This document shows, piece after piece, positions 1-11,832 of a stretch of 64,000 nt of DNA (within the stretch, counting starts at the first letter, position 1; each line of letters opens with the position of its first letter). A model generated the notes under the pieces. The model saw only the letters and a program-made list of their open reading frames with translations, did no database searches and had not been told where the DNA came from. Both the position numbers and the translations under genes were made by a program. Source of the stretch: Eledone cirrhosa (Eukaryota); NCBI GenBank assembly GCA_964016885.1, contig OZ024755.1, forward strand, positions 34,844,001-34,908,000. Reading direction: 5' to 3'.

Positions 1-3
1 CAA

Positions 4-170
4 GGAAAATATAATATGATATTCTGACAACACAATTTGAACCAATGTTACTTGAGCATGGAAAATATAATATGATATTCTGACAACACAATTTGAACCA
101 ATGTTACTTGAGCATGGAAAATATAATATGATATTCTGACAACACAATTTGAACCAATGTTACTTGAGCG
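4..170. repeat. 56-bp tandem repeat, 3 copies (may continue left of the window)
   Basis: GGAAAATATAATATGATATTCTGACAACAC...TTGAGCAT starts at 4, 60 and 116. Confidence 0.9.
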
Positions 171-285
171 AGGAACCTTCATTATACAATGTACAACTAT
201 TTGAAAATGATTCCCACAAATTAAACACTTTAGAAATACATAAAAACACATACATCACAGTACAGAATAAATAATTCCACACAGG

Positions 286-386
286 TTATCATCATCAATA
301 TCATAGCCACTATGATAACAATAACACCCACCACACACACAACAACAACAACCTCAACCATCACCCCTACTGCCACCACCACCACC

Positions 387-420
<34 letters not shown>

Positions 421-710
421 CCACCACCATCAGCATCATCATCACTACCCCACCATCACCATCATCACCACCACCATCACCATCACCACCATCATCACCA
501 CCATCACCACCACCACCATCAGCATCACCACCACCACCACCATCATCATCATCAGCACCATCACCACCATCACAACCACCACCATCACAACCACCACCAC
601 TAACACCACCACCAACATCACCACCATCACCACCACCACCAGCACAACAACAACCACCACCATCATCACCATCACCATCACCACCACCATCACCACTACC
701 ATCATCATTA
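286..710. repeat. (CAC/CAT)n compound trinucleotide microsatellite
   Basis: Direct reading; the ORFs across it are low-complexity. Confidence 0.95.
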
Positions 711-1672
711 GTAGTTATATAACTTAAAACTGTTTTTGTTTTAAATATCCACTTTTTCGCCATGCTGGCATGCTTTGTTTGACAAGGGAGAGGAAATATT
801 TCAAACTGAAAGATATACAGATATTTCCAAAATAAAAAGACAAATGGAAGAACAACAACAAAACTAACACAAAAACAACAAAAAATAAATAATTGTAAAA
901 TAAAAAAAAGTCCAAGAAAGTATCAATTTCTTAATAAAAGCTTGTTATACAGTAAAATACATGGCATAAGTAGTTTAGTTTCTAACTCCCCAGGAAGACT
1001 TTTCCCAAGTAATTTCTCATGAAGAGAGCTAATTTGACTTACAGAAAAATTATAGAGCAATCTAGTTTCTTTTATGAATGAGACCAGTTCTCATAAAAAC
1101 ACATCATTTATTCTTAATATTCTTAAATAAGAGATAAGATTTGAAATGTTTTGCTAAAAAGACGAAGAACAATAGATCATCTACATACACAACACACACA
1201 TAGCATACATCGGACAAACATTACATATATATATGTGTATCGATATGTATATGTATATATATGTATATATATATATATATATGCTAGTGGGAAAGATGGC
1301 CGTTAAACGATGATGATATATATATTCAGAGGAAAATGGGAAGCTGCTAGAACAGAAAAATACCGTCGAAGTGGCATTGGGTAAAATATTACCTGGAAGG
1401 ACAGAGATCAGCGACTCGATGTGAGTTGACTCAAAGGAAGGAAGAGAAGACAGGATGGAGGAAAAAGACTGGATGAAAGCGAACAGGTAACAAACATTAA
1501 AAAAGCTTGTCAAGTTGCATGGGTTGGGTAGGTCCTTCTCGTCACAGCATCTCTCCACTTGCCACATTCCTTCATCATTTCCTCTCTGAGTCTCAGCAAT
1601 TTGAGGTCAGCATTGTGGAATATGAAAAATGGTTGTTTTGTAGAGGCTTCCAAAATGATTATATATATATAT

Positions 1673-2059
1673 GGAGGCACATGGCTTAGTGGTTAGAGTA
1701 TTGACCTTGTAATCGAAAGGTTGTGAGTTCAATTCTCAGACTGGGTGATGTGTTGTTTCCTTGAGCAAGACACTTTATTTCATATTGCTCCAGTTTACTC
1801 AGCTGTAAAAATGAGATGATAGGACTGGGGTCCCTATCATTCCACTGCAAAGTGGTCGTGGAGGTGCCACGGCAAAAAAGCACCCAGCCCACACTGTAAA
1901 ATGGATGTGTAGGCGCCATGGAAAAAAAGCACCCAGCACTCACTATAAATGAGGTTGGTGTTAGGAAGGGCATCCAGCTGTAGAAATCAAGCCAGAATCA
2001 GTTCTCGTCCCACCCTTTCAAGCAGAGAAAAGCGGATGTAAAATGATGATGATGATGAT
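1673..2059 (+). mobile_element. tRNA-derived SINE family A, full length, with RTE-derived tail and (GAT)n end
   Basis: A-box TGGCTTAGTGG, B-box GAGTTCAATTC, CORE-like TCCTTGAGCAAGACACT; tail matches RTE UTR sequence in this window. Confidence 0.9.
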
Positions 2060-2277
2060 ACATATATATAGGGAGTATATCATGCAGTTACTGTAGGTTC
2101 ACCCGAGTGAGCACTCAATGCATAGTTTCCAGTCTTTAAAGAGGTGTAGAACTAAGCAGAGTGTAAATATAATAATAGAGTCAGGCCAGATCCATACAGA
2201 TCGAGCCTTGAGCTGATCAATAGTAAAACACGCGTCACTAATCAATAAATGTAATGAAGACATAACAAATCGTCCTT

Positions 2278-2460
2278 ATCATCATCATACATCTGCTTTT
2301 CCCTGCTTGCAAGGGTGGGATAGGTCCTATTCAGCACAGCCTCTCTCAATTCATCACGGTCCTTCGTCATCTCCTCCGTGAGCTTCAGCGATCTGAGATC
2401 AGCTCTCATCACCTCCGCCCATGATTTTCATGGTCTTCCTCTACTGCGTCTTCCCAGTAG
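2278..2460 (-). mobile_element. Extreme 3' fragment of an RTE LINE
   Basis: Minus strand reads RGRP.KSWAEVMRADLRSLKLTEEMTKDRDELREAV, then CCCACCCTTGCAAGCAGGGAAAAG and (GAT)n. Confidence 0.75.
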
Positions 2461-2474
2461 AAGGAAGACCATGA

Positions 2475-2516
<42 letters not shown>

Positions 2517-3509
2517 TAAAATAACAGATTAAAGTTTAAGCAAAGAATCGCTGCTTTCACCCTTAACAGGATCTTCTGAAACTAACAAAGTCAATCTGTA
2601 AACTCAGAAGTGGATATTTCAAAAAACGTTGCAACTGGAGTAAGACAGGAAGACGATACTTTGGTTCGTGGTAACGTTTGCTGGCCAAGAACGGGAAAAA
2701 ACGAATATAATACGTCATTAATAGGAGCGGTGAAAAACAATTACGCGCAAAGACAGAACCACGTTTATGGTATAAAAGAAGTAGTAGACTAATGTTCTTT
2801 TAGGTGGTTCATAGAGACGTTCTCTGGCAATGAACGGAAAAAACGAAGATAATACCTCATATGTGGAGCGTGGAGAACAATTGCACGCAAAGACAAAACC
2901 ACGTAAATGGTATAGCTGAAGTCGTAGACTAAAATTCTAACTAGGAAACCGAATAAATCTCCGCTTCAGAGTTAAGAATAAAGTAAATAAAATACAATAC
3001 AGAGGTAATAGAAATTAAATAAATACATACACGCATGCAAATACGTACATACACAAGCATACGCGAAAACACTTGCCATAGGTATACAAATCCACTCACA
3101 TATAAATATGTGTGTGTGTGTATGCGTGTATACAAATAAATAAATAATTAAATAATTAAATAAACGTATATAAATAAATAAATACGTATATAACAAGCAC
3201 ACACACATACCTACATGTAAATACACAAATGATCGGAGACGTAAGTCAACCAAAACATGAAGTACACATATACACACACCCTACATACGTACGAACCAAC
3301 ATACTCACACAGACGCAAAAATATGTACCAGAATATATAAAAAATTATACGCCATAACATATACAATCAAATATATGTACGAGAAAGTATACGTACCTTC
3401 ACAAAACATACAGGTAATATATACTTACCTATGCAAATAAGTAATGGTATAAACAAAACATATATTTAGCTACCACATCAAGACGTAAAATATCCACGTA
3501 TAGATCGTA

Positions 3510-3915
3510 CTATCTATTAGGGTATAACGTGGGGCTGTAATACAGGAAAGTTTTGTGCAATTTATGTTTACAAGCCGAAATTGCTTCAGATTTTTTGTTT
3601 AAGATGTGGTCTGTGGCGTAGAGTATTTCCAAGGCCTCAGCGGCGCAGAGGCCAGATGGTCTTTTATTTCCGTTATATGATCTAGCCCTAGCTAGGATCT
3701 CCCAGTGTAACTTATATTGGGTGTGGTTGTCTTTTAGACTCCAGATATAAGCTGAAAGTGACGTCATAATCCTTCTTAGAGGGTAACGAAAAGAATGGGT
3801 ATACATGTAAAGACGCTGCTGGAATCTATTGGCGGTTAACCCTATGTAGACCCTATGGGACGTGGGTGTTTCAACCTTACATTTGTAGACAATGTTACTA
3901 GAGAGGCATTTCCCG
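3510..3915 (-). pseudogene. Penelope-like element GIY-YIG endonuclease fragment
   Basis: Frame extended upstream of the listed ORF: GKCLSSNIVYKCKVETPTSHRVYIGLTANRFQQRLY...LSAYIWSLK...WEILARA...LCAAEALEI...LNKKSE...CKH. Confidence 0.85.
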
Positions 3916-4667
3916 GACGTAAAACGTAAATTTTCGCTTGTAAGCAGGGAAAAGTGAACGTATGATGATGATGATATATTTAGATAGATAGATAAATAGA
4001 TAGAGAGATACTTTTAAAAACAAAATTCAAGACATTCTAATGCAATTAAATTATAAATATATGTAAAGTGTAAAAATGGAGCTATAGCTAATGCTTAACG
4101 TGCAAATTCATGCTAAAAACAATATAAATGTTTTTAAAGAACTGATTGAAATAAATCAATGAACCATAGTTCTTTGGAAAGTTTCTGGGCATATGGAATA
4201 AGAATTCATTGCCTGAGTGAAACAAGGCAAATGACATTCACATAGTTACGTCATCTATGAAGTATATAGCTAGAATGGCACCAACTAAATATGTTCTCTG
4301 TTCAACCATTAAATTTCTAGTGCAGTTTCACTTTATATAGAGAGTATCATACTTGAAGCATAAACAAAAGCATTAAAACAATAGCTTCAAGGTTGCTAAT
4401 TAGGTAGGCGTAAATTTCAGGGCTGGCCAACTCCAACCGTCTTAATTATATCTAATGGCGATTATTTATTAATAAAGACATTATTAATAAAAATATATGG
4501 ATAATTGTCACCACATACAATAGAATGCATAACTGAAAACAAAACAAAAAACAAATGAAAAACGTACTTCCTCTCAACCCTTCACTCTATCGGTACTTAC
4601 AGATTCTACATACATATATACATCTATCTCTCTATATATGTGCCTGTGTGTGGGATTGTGTATGCAT

Positions 4668-5091
4668 ATATATATGTATGTATATATATATATACACATA
4701 TATATATATATATATATATACATATACACATATATATATATACATATACACATATATATATATACATATATATATATATACATATATATACACATATATA
4801 TATATACATATATATACACATATATATATATACATATATATACACATATATATATATACATATATATACACATATATATATACATATATATACACATATA
4901 TATACACATATATATACATATATATACACATATATATACACATATATATATACATACACATATATACATACACATATATATATACATATATATATACACA
5001 TATATATATACATACACATATATACATACACATATATATACACATATATATACACATATATATATACACATATATATATACATATATATAC

Positions 5092-5122
<31 letters not shown>

Positions 5123-5205
5123 CATAAATATACATATATATACATATATATACATATATACATATATATACATATATACATATATACATATATATACATA
5201 TATAG

Positions 5206-5248
<43 letters not shown>

Positions 5249-5348
5249 TATACATATATATACACATATATATATACATATATACATATATATATACATA
5301 TATATATACATATATATATAGATATATATACATATATACATGTATATA
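4668..5348. repeat. (TA)n/(TACA)n microsatellite
   Basis: Direct reading. Confidence 0.95.
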
Positions 5349-5575
5349 CTATGTCGGGCCACTCTTGAGTGCTACTGGTAACCCTTCTTTTCGGGTTATA
5401 GCTACTGTCGCTCAGAGAGTGGGATTGGCTCAGTGCACAGTCTTTCCTCACTTTAAAAAATATCTTCACGCACAGGCATTGCACGATAGAATTAATTAAT
5501 AATTATTAATAATGGTATATCGTGCAATGGCCATACTCGATAACGAGGAAAAATATAGTTGAATGTTCTCTTGTA

Positions 5576-5818
5576 TTAACCCTTTAGCATTTACATTACT
5601 CTATATTTATATATTATTGTACTTTTGTGGTAAAGGCTTTATCTTACATAATTATCTCACATAATATCGAGTCTATGAGATTGGGATATTATCTATTTTG
5701 AGAACAATACCTTAACACCAGTATAAGTGACTGGTTACAGCCGGTTTGATCAGAAAGATGTAAGGGAATTCTGGCCATATCCAGGGAATTATGGCCAGTT
5801 TAAATGCTAAAGGGTTAA
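5576..5818 (+). mobile_element. piggyBac-type MITE (about 235 bp) with TTAA target-site duplication
   Basis: TTAA-CCCTTTAGCATTTA ... TAAATGCTAAAGGG-TTAA. Confidence 0.85.
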
Positions 5819-6082
5819 AAGAGTTTACTTTTAATACCGTAGGGTCTTGAGCCCTTTTATATTTTCCTATAATAAAAGATAAAAGACTACATACATACAT
5901 ATGTATACACACTCACAAACACATATACATGTATGTAATACAACCCTTATGCACAAAATTGCCTTCTCAGGTGTGTGGCTGAAGAGAAAAATTGATGCTT
6001 TTGTTCATTTGTCCCATGTATTTCATTTTCTTTGAGTGCAACTTTGCTATTTATTACTACTGTAATACTAAACTTGCAAACA

Positions 6083-6483
6083 GAAGGTTGTGAGTTCAAT
6101 TCTCAGACTGGGTGATGCATTGTGTACTTGAGCAAGACACTTTATTTCATATTGCTCCAGTTTATTCAGCTATAGATATGAGTTGTGACGTCACAGATGT
6201 CAAGCTGTATCGGCCATTGCCTTTCCCTTTGACAACCTCATATATAGTGTATAATATATACTGTACATAGTGTATATATACTGTGTATGAGGTGCGACAT
6301 CACTGGTGCCAAGCTGTATCGGCCATTGTCTCCCCTTGGACAACATTAGTGGCATGTAGAGGGGAGACTGGTATGCATGGGTGACTGCTGGTTTTCCACA
6401 AATAACCTTGCCCGGACTTGTGCCTTGGAGGGAAACTTTCTAGGTGCAAATTCAATGGTCATTTGTGACGAAAGGAGGTCTTT
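6083..6483 (+). mobile_element. 5'-truncated SINE with the family A B-box/core but a different body; short internal duplication
   Basis: GTGAGTTCAATTCTCAGAC...GAGCAAGACACTT then GTCAC...AAGCTGTATCGGCCATTG occurring twice. Confidence 0.65.
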
Positions 6484-6706
6484 ACAAAATACCACACACT
6501 CCTCCGTTGAATAACTAACTGTTTACTTACAACTGTCACCACTCTCCGTTCTCTTTTTTGGGAAAGTCTATTTACATTTTCCTTCTTCTGCTGGTTATGG
6601 AAGGTTTAAATTGGTGTTTGACACATAATATATCAAAGGTTCTTATATAAAATTATTATGGAAGGTTTAAATATAACTAAGGTTCTTCTAAAAAATTATG
6701 GAAGTT

Positions 6707-6939
6707 TTAACCCTTTAGCATTTGCATTAATCTATATTTACTGTTGTATTTCACGGAAATACAACAGGCAAAGGTAAAGGTTTTATCTCACATAATATTG
6801 AATCTATGAGATTTGGATATTATTTATTTTGAGAACAATACCTTAACATTGCTATGAGTGGCCAGTTGAGGCTGGTTTGAACAGAAAGAGGTGAAAGAAT
6901 TTTAGCCGAATATAGCCGGTTTAAATGCTAAAGGGTTGA
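6707..6939 (+). mobile_element. piggyBac-type MITE copy nested in an older repeat
   Basis: TTAACCCTTTAGCATTT ... AAATGCTAAAGGGTTGA; same interior as the 5576 copy. Confidence 0.85.
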
Positions 6940-7614
6940 ATTGGTGTTAGGAACATAAAATAACTAAGGTTCTTAGATAAATGTACACACTTTAAATCAA
7001 ACAGCCTTATATTAAAAAACCAGGGTCAGTTTTAGGCAGGTTAACATCAAAAGGGTTAATGACAGCTTTACTGTCCACTGGTAGCCACCCATAGATAGTT
7101 GTAGCTTGTTAACAATATAGATTATACAAGATTCTCTGAAATTCTTCAGAGAGAGACCATCATATACCTGATTTCCCAAGACTGACAGTTAATCAGCTGT
7201 GATCTCCTTAGTTTATCACAAAGCTATTGCTGACAACTGGCTGCTCATAATTTGATCATAAATTCTGTATTTATCCATCTAAACATGTCTATATTTGTCC
7301 ATCTATCCAATATTCCTGATGAATCTCTCCTGATTACTTCTTTCTTCCATCTTCCCTTTCTTTCTCCCGAGATTGAGGAATCTCTGAAATAACATGTGCA
7401 TCTGTGTGTGTGCATGTGTATGTATATGTGTGTGTGTGCATGTGTATGCATATGTGTGTGTGTGCATGTGTATGCATATGTGTGTGTATCTATCCATTTA
7501 TCTATCTATCTATCTCTCTCTCTATATATATATATAGAAATTTTTATGCCAGGTTCAATCGGGGGTAACCACTGTAAATAAGGTACTCAATACATAGCAG
7601 AGTATAAATATTCA

Positions 7615-7731
7615 ATATAGAAATGGCTTCTACAGGACTAGAACTGTTTCATTCAGAAGAAATCATCAGGAAAGCCCAGATGATTTCCTCGGAATGAAAC
7701 AGTTCTAGTCATGTAGAAGTCATTTCTATAT
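7615..7731. repeat. Fold-back inverted repeat with degenerate hammerhead-like cores in both arms
   Basis: Arms of about 56 bp; minus strand CTGATGA-TTTCTTCTGAAT-GAAACAGTT, plus strand CAGATGA-TTTCCTCGGAAT-GAAACAGTT. Confidence 0.6.
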
Positions 7732-7756
7732 CAAATATATATATATGTATATATAT

Positions 7757-8364
7757 GGTCATGTGATGCACATGAAAGACGACAGCTGTATAAAAAAAGT
7801 GCAGGGCAATCAAAATTGATGGAAGTTACGGAGTAGGTAAACCCAGAAAAACCTGCGACGATTTGATAAATTCCGACCTTACACTTACACCTCTCTAAGA
7901 CAATGTCACTGAACCAAGATCTTTGGTGCCACGCAGTAATACAGAAGACCAGCCTTGCCTATGTACAAAGCAAAACCTACAGTCAGTAGGCACCTCTTAA
8001 CCAAATATACCCCTACCCACTACCCCTACTCCATCCCCCCACTCCCACCAACACCACAATTCCTCTGTAAAGTGATGTTTGTACCACAACATCCAGTCCA
8101 AACTAACGAGGTCGTGTAAGGTGTTATGACAAAAAAACACACAGTCCACACTGTAATGTGGCCGTGTAGGAGACACGGTAAAAAGGCTCCCAGTCCACAC
8201 TGTAAATGTTGTTGGTGTTAGGAAGGGCATCCTGCTGTAGAAAACCTGCCAGATACAGTCCTATACGAGAGAGACATGGTCACCCAATCAATCTTGCCTC
8301 TAGTGCGACAATTCCCATCTAACCTATGCTAGCGTGGAAGATAGATGTTAAACGATGATGATGA
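7757..8364 (+). mobile_element. RTE LINE 3' fragment (family 1) with 3'UTR and (GAT)n tail
   Basis: GHVMHMKDDSCIKK; homologous to 32735-33345. Confidence 0.9.
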
Positions 8365-8609
8365 TATATATATACACTTTAGTAGAAGTTTGGTAGAAAT
8401 AGCCAAGGGTAAGATCACTTAGTCCATAGGACTAATTAGATATAGTTAGTTACAATAGTGATATATACAGGTACTTAAGTTTATATAAAGAAAGATGGCT
8501 AGTACTCTTTATATAGCAGGCTGAATGAGTTGGGGTGTATAACCCAACAAAACTTAAGTACCAGTATATGTCACTGTTGTAGCTAATTATATATATATAT
8601 ATATATATA

Positions 8610-9090
8610 TCAACATACGTTAACCTTGGTCTTCTTCTTCTAGTATGTCCATGTAGGGGCTCCCAAAGGAGCACTGAGTGCAATGTCAACTCTGGATGTC
8701 GGTGAGCATGTCCAGCTAACCTCAGTCTCCTCCGTGTCACTTTTGAGCTGACTTTTGGGATGCTCCCATACAGCTCTGAGTTTTTCATCCTCAGTGTATA
8801 CTGATTAATGTTCAGAGCCATCCTCAGCATTCTCGTGTAGCACCCATCCACCATCTGAGTGAGTTTCTTGGTCAGTGTCCAAGTCTCAGACCCATACAGC
8901 AGCACAGACTCCACTACAGCAATGAAGAGGCGGACCTTCAGGTCTCTATGAAGGTCCGACTTCTACACCTAAGGACAGACACTGGTCTGTTGGAGATGCA
9001 GGACATGGCAGCGATAATGAGGGACAGAGACCCCTGGAGAGAACTCATCCATGGATCTCGGGAATTTTACCCGCCTTAGATAGATAGATA
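8610..9090. mobile_element. 5'-inverted RTE-type LINE insertion (8610-8964 antisense, 8965-9090 sense), (TAGA)n tail
   Basis: Minus strand ESVLLYGSETWTLTK...RLRLAGH...RPRLTYVD; plus strand continues LRTDTGLLEMQDMAAIMRDRDPWRELI...stop. Confidence 0.8.
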
Positions 9091-9096
9091 TATATA

Positions 9097-9285
9097 TAGT
9101 TATGTAATAAACAACATAAGATAATTATTTCATTTACCAGTGGTTTCTTGAAGACAGATGTTGTGTCTATCTTCAGTCGTCAGAATGAATAAAAAACATG
9201 TATGACTGAAGACAGACACAACATCTGTCTTCAAGAAACCACTGGTAAATGAAATAATTATCTTATGTTGTTTATTACATAACTA
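9097..9285. repeat. Near-perfect inverted repeat, about 84-bp arms and about 21-bp loop
   Basis: TAGTTATGTAATAAAC...CTTCAGTC is the reverse complement of GACTGAAG...GTTTATTACATAACTA. Confidence 0.9.
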
Positions 9286-9600
9286 ATAAGCTCTGTAGCC
9301 TACATAGAGCACTCTTTTTTCCTGTACCTCTCCGACGGAAATACTTCACACACACATATATATATATATATATAAATGTAATCTGAGTTTTTTCGAATAT
9401 TAATAATAACATTCGATTCGTTTGCAATTTTGCAAACAAGCCTCAATTCTTTTCTTTTCTTTTTTATATATAAATATATATTCATTTATTTATTCATTCA
9501 ATTCAAACGTCTGTATAGAGCTAGTAAGCAATGACAGACTAGGGGAAGTATTGAGTACTCCTGACTAGCATATACATACATATATATATATATATATATA

Positions 9601-10403
9601 CTAGCATTAAAGCCCGGCGTTGCTCGGGGTCATTAAGTTACCAAAGTTAGGTTGCACCACCCATTTTATGGCAGCACTTTTTTGTCTGCCAGGCACTGGG
9701 TGAATGAATTGCAGACTCGGAAGCAGGAGCTGCGCCAGCAGTGACAATTGTAGTTTCGCCTATGGATATTATCTCTGTGCAAAAAAGTGTTGAAATTTAT
9801 TGTTTCACAGTACTTGCACAACACGCGCGTAGACGATGCCAGCCGAACAACAGAGCTGCGATGGAGTTGTTCTGCATGGTTGTCTGTGTGTTTTCTAAAT
9901 TTAAGACAGTAGGGAGGGTTGTGATATGAGGGAGAGTTAGCTGTTGTTTCTAGCAGGTTTAGTGACCTCATAGAGGATATGTGTTTTCTAAATTTAAGAC
10001 AGTAGGGAGTGGTGTGATATGGGGGAGAGTTAGCTACTGTTTCTAGCAGGTTTAGTAACCTCATAGAAGATATGTTTTCTAAATTTAAGATAGTAGGGAG
10101 GGGTGTGATATGGGGGAGAGTTAGCTGCTGTTTCTAGCAGGTTTAGTAACCTCATAGAGGATATGTGTTTTCTAAATTTAAGACAGTAGGGAGTGGTGTG
10201 AACGGACAGTATCACCATCAAGCTTGGAAAGAGAAAGTAGCAGAAAAGTATGAAGTTGTATAGATTTTGAATGGTAGTAGAAAGAGTTCAGCAGTTTAAA
10301 TGAGAGAGAAATACTGAATTGTAAATTTCAATTGAAGAAATTCTATATCGTAGATTTCTATAACGAAGGAGCATGACCACACACTGAGCTTTATAGATTA
10401 TGA
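9601..10403 (-). mobile_element. Non-autonomous Helitron with an internal about 88-bp tandem repeat
   Basis: Minus strand begins A|TC and ends with hairpin CCCGAGCAACGCCGGG then CTTTAATGCTAG|T; sits in (TA)n. Confidence 0.7.
9886..10200. repeat. About 88-bp tandem repeat, about 3.5 copies
   Basis: TGTGTTTTCTAAATTTAAGACAGTAGGGAG recurs four times. Confidence 0.9.
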
Positions 10404-11297
10404 TATATATATGTATAAGTTTAGGAATAACCAAAGAATGCTTAGAAATATATTGTTTTATTTGCTAACAGTGTTTCATCCATACCCTACGGCAGGAATC
10501 ATTGGAGCCTATAAACAAAAGTATATCAAAGGTTGCAGGTTCCATCGAGCCTAGTCACCAGAACAAGGAAGAAGGACAAGTAGGGGGGGGGGGGGGGGGG
10601 CACACAATACATGATACATATAAGGTCATAAAAAAATACATCATAAAAAATTACATCAAAAGTTTATCACATAAATGTTTCCTACGATGGGATGCTATCA
10701 GCTGTAGAAACTTTCCAAACAAAGAATCTGGAGGATTCTTCAATTATGTCAAAAATATGTCAACCTTAATTTATCTGTTTGTATATAAATCAGGTGGAAT
10801 GCAAACACAAAGAGATCATTAGCTATTTATTTATAAGACTTAGGAAGATTTGTTAGTACGACAAAGAATCATTGACCAGAACTCTACCACAATAGAGAGG
10901 CAAAAATAGATTCTGCATTATTAGGGTCAGGTAAAAAGACAAACAATAAGAAAAAATGGCAGCGGATGAAAATAAATATTTTATCAAATACCTGGAAAAT
11001 AAACGATGTACAAGTGTAATATTGTGATTAAATAATCCATGTTGTTACACTTGGATGGCATCCATAGATAAGAGAAGAAATAATTATATTGAAGGTATAA
11101 GTCCCTTATGGGTGGAGAGAGAAATAATTATAATGGAGGTATAAGTCCCTTATGAGGGAAGAGAAAAATATGAATGTAACTGGAAGTGTAGACACAAAAA
11201 GGAAAGTGGAGATGGGAGAAAACAAGGGGAGAGAATCAAGTATAGAAAGAGGCAAGTATGAAAGATGAGAAGTATGAAAGATGAGAAGTATAAAAGA

Positions 11298-11494
11298 TTA
11301 ACCCTTTCATGAAGGTATTTCTAATGAAATACACTCTATTTCAATTAATCAATGAAGAATTTTTAGGGTCTACTAAAATTATTAATTATTTCTTTACTCA
11401 GATAGTAACTTAATGTAAGGTTCTTATATAAAATTATGTTGGGAGATTTTAATTAAAATTGGATACCTTTAAAATTTGGTAACAAAAGGGCTAA
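11298..11494 (+). mobile_element. Second, older TTAA/CCCTTT-ended MITE family (piggyBac-type)
   Basis: TTAACCCTTT ... AAAAGGGCTAA; AAGGTTCTTATATAAAATTA shared with 6636; a related end lies near 59041-59061. Confidence 0.5.
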
Positions 11495-11832
11495 CATATT
11501 AGGAGTATGAAGGAACAAAAGAAGAGAAAGGGAGGTTTAAGGATAGAATTTAAAATAGTAAGGCAAGGGATCAGTAAGAAGAAACAGAACTGTGTAGAAT
11601 TAAAGGTGGATAATAGATAAAATAAGAAACAGGACAAAACACAAACAATTATCAACTATCCATTCAGGGCATTCAGAGTTTTAGTGATAAGGGTAGAAAA
11701 CTATTCCCCAGGGCTTCACCACAACAGAGAGGCCAAAATAGACCAGATGCTGTTCAGCAATAGTGTAACATTACAAGGATCAGGTGAACAGATGAAACAG
11801 TAAAAACTACAGTGTAGGATTGTGATACCATA

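Noticed and set aside
230-763. Pro/Thr/Gly-rich ORFs (also at 43.1 and 61.3 kb)
   Set aside because: Trinucleotide repeat artefacts open in several frames
1673-1750. tRNA gene
   Set aside because: A and B boxes are present, but the sequence runs into a SINE body repeated many times and I could not form a complete cloverleaf
4555-5484. Long YI/IY-rich ORFs (also at 19.7, 23.0, 25.8, 29.8 and 50.5 kb)
   Set aside because: Translations of (TA)n microsatellites, which lack stops by composition
10455-10512. Hammerhead-like remnants here and near 2550-2585, 16810-16862 and 48750-48785
   Set aside because: Core nucleotides are mutated (e.g. CCAAUGA, CAGAAGA, GGAA); at most dead relics and too weak to call
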